This document shows, piece after piece, positions 62,430-64,000 of a DNA stretch of 64,000 nucleotides (position 1 is the first letter of the stretch; each line of letters opens with the position of its first letter). The stretch lies in the NCBI GenBank assembly GCA_965223425.1, contig OZ245003.1, forward strand, positions 1,856,001 to 1,920,000, read 5' to 3'. This DNA comes from Nitrosopumilus sp. (lineage in GTDB: Archaea > Thermoproteota > Nitrososphaeria > Nitrososphaerales > Nitrosopumilaceae). The notes below the pieces were generated by a model. It saw only the letters and a program-made list of their open reading frames with translations, searched no databases and had not been told where the DNA came from. Position numbers and translations under genes: made by a program.

Positions 62430-62490
62430 AATCTCTATTACCAGTCTTCCCAGAAGTACCTCACGGCAGCACCGGTGGCGGTGGTTTTGG

Positions 62491-63009
62491 CTATCTGAGG
62501 TCGGGATTCCTGTCATGGTGCGGAATCTTGTGCTTGTCTATTGCAGCTACTGTCGTTTCGTTGCTGATGCGTCGCCTCATGCTGCGGCATGCCGTGTTGA
62601 CCGTATCATGCATCATCTGGTCGCAGAAACAGCTCATCTTGTCCTGCTTTATGATGCGCAGCTTTTTGAGCAGCCAGCTGCCAGACTGCATGCGTATGCC
62701 GGGAGAGCCGAGATCGCGTGCGCTGTTGGCGTATCCGTTGGAGCTGGTCATGACCAGAAGAAGTATGTGCGCTGCATCCCTGAGGCAGTACAGCGTGTTG
62801 TGTCTTGTGCCAAAGGCAAGGCTCAGGCGCTGCAACGCAGACTGGAAGATTTTAAATTCCCTGATGTCTTGGTTCTGTTGGTGTGTTTGCCCATCTTTTC
62901 TGTGCAAGTCAAGGTGGGTGAGCATGCCTTGTATTTGGATCTGGTTGATCGTGTTTTGTTCTTAAAATGATCAGTTTGGGCTATCCAAAATGTACAATCC
63001 CAACTACTG
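62491..63009 (-). mobile_element. ISH3-like left-end remnant (divergent subfamily)
   Basis: CAGTAGTT end; FKIFQSALQRL..RHN..Y and AIDKHKIP align to the ISH3 transposase N-terminus. Confidence 0.75.
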
Positions 63010-63149
63010 TCCAGTGGGAGATCCTTAAAGTCAAGTGCGGTGGTTTTTAGCCCCAATATTATTGCATGAACCCCAAGCTCGCTGTTCTTCACATCGGGCG
63101 CAAACGTGTTCTTGAATGTCCTTTGTTTAGATAAATGCTGAATCACCAT
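63010..63149 (-). pseudogene. truncated paralog of 63189-63416
   Basis: shared TFKNTFAP and ILGLKTT..DLP; cut by the ISH3-like end. Confidence 0.75.
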
Positions 63150-63188
63150 TTCCCAATCTCCTATTAAACAAACGAGGACGGCACGCCA

Positions 63189-63416
63189 TCAGGCCTTGGC
63201 GCGTGTGGCGGGATCGCCCTTGCGCCGTTTGCCCTTTTTAATTCTTTCAAGCTCCTCGCTTACGGCGTCCTGCACCTCCGGCGGGAGGTCTTCAGAGTGG
63301 AGCATCGTGGTTTTCAACCCGAGGATTACGTCGTGTACGGTAAGATATTCGTTTTCCACACGCGGTGCAAACGTGTTCTTGAAAGTCTTTTGGTCAGAGG
63401 TATCTTGAAGCGTCAT
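63189..63416 (-). CDS. small hypothetical protein (candidate antitoxin/immunity)
   Basis: 75 aa; overlaps the upstream gene; tandem paralog downstream. Confidence 0.7.
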   Translation of the reverse strand: MTLQDTSDQKTFKNTFAPRVENEYLTVHDVILGLKTTMLHSEDLPPEVQDAVSEELERIKKGKRRKGDPATRAKA

Positions 63417-63810
63417 TTCGTATCTCCATGATTGATAGTTGGTCGTACTGTTTTTTATACTTTAAAGCACGGTTCCTGTCGATTCCAGACATGATTGTTA
63501 TCACGTCCCTGTATGTTACTCCCTCCGGATCAGTCCACTGGCCAAGCATGACTGCCCTTCCCTCCATGCACAACCTGACATATGCCTTCCTCGTAGTTTC
63601 GTTAAAGTTTCTCTCATTGTTTGTGATACCTATGATGTAGACAGGCATACCGCCGTCGGTAAATTCGTCAAAGAATCTATCCTGTTCTTCTGTTTTTGCC
63701 AGGTCAACACATGACTGTAGTTTGGGAACGTAGCTGACGTTACCAGACCCGTATTTTTCGATTGCCCTGACTGCTACATGATAATCCTTTTTGCATTCCT
63801 TCTCTCTCAT
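63394..63810 (-). CDS. 138-aa hypothetical protein
   Basis: ATG at 63810 with GGAGGT just upstream; ORF-track extension to 63996 is IS sequence. Confidence 0.7.
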   Translation of the reverse strand: MREKECKKDYHVAVRAIEKYGSGNVSYVPKLQSCVDLAKTEEQDRFFDEFTDGGMPVYIIGITNNERNFNETTRKAYVRLCMEGRAVMLGQWTDPEGVTYRDVITIMSGIDRNRALKYKKQYDQLSIMEIRNDASRYL

Positions 63811-63822
63811 ACCTCCAATACT

Positions 63823-64000
63823 AGACTTTATGCATAATTGAATCATAAAAATTTTTCCGAAAGATTTAGATCCATTTTGATCGCCGCAACAGGTAATGGA
63901 ATCTTCAGAACAGACTATACGCAGGCTGCAAAGGGAGCTCAAGCAAAAGGACACAGCAATCAGGCAAAAGGACACAGCAATCAGGCAAAAGGACACAGCA
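63823..64000 (+). mobile_element. IS5/ISL2 element left end (continues beyond window)
   Basis: AGACTTTATGCATAATTGAATC..., matching the reverse complement of 53530-53705. Confidence 0.9.

Overview
Archaeal chromosome segment, most likely a Nitrosopumilaceae (Thaumarchaeota/Nitrososphaeria) genome. This is inferred from the archaeal-type ProRS, deoxyhypusine synthase, Alba, PAC2, thaumarchaeosortase, geranylgeranyl reductase and an archaeal RNase P RNA. A low-GC housekeeping backbone (proS, egtB/egtD, smc, ino1, dys, dinB, DsbA, SDR, DUF99, rnpB) is interrupted by five accessory blocks packed with nested IS elements (ISH3, IS630, IS481, IS5, IS110, IS6-like) and MITEs. Four blocks can be delimited by terminal repeats plus target-site duplications (TSDs) read from the sequence: 4917-6710, 15128-25079, 30818-33488 and 36824-45882. 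The fifth runs from about 51750 to the window end. Main observations: (1) a family of transposase-less IS6-like cargo elements, including a 9-kb unit carrying a VirD4/HerA-like ATPase fused to a predicted nuclease plus a secreted multidomain peptidase-like protein; (2) a two-loop bridge-RNA-like structure upstream of an archaeal IS110; (3) a lone AAA+/wHTH ATPase gene embedded in a split 77-bp palindrome; (4) recurrent two-gene secreted protease/partner modules; (5) several toxin-antitoxin-like pairs; (6) extreme tandem-repeat expansions. Family assignments come from motif recognition by eye, not from database searches.
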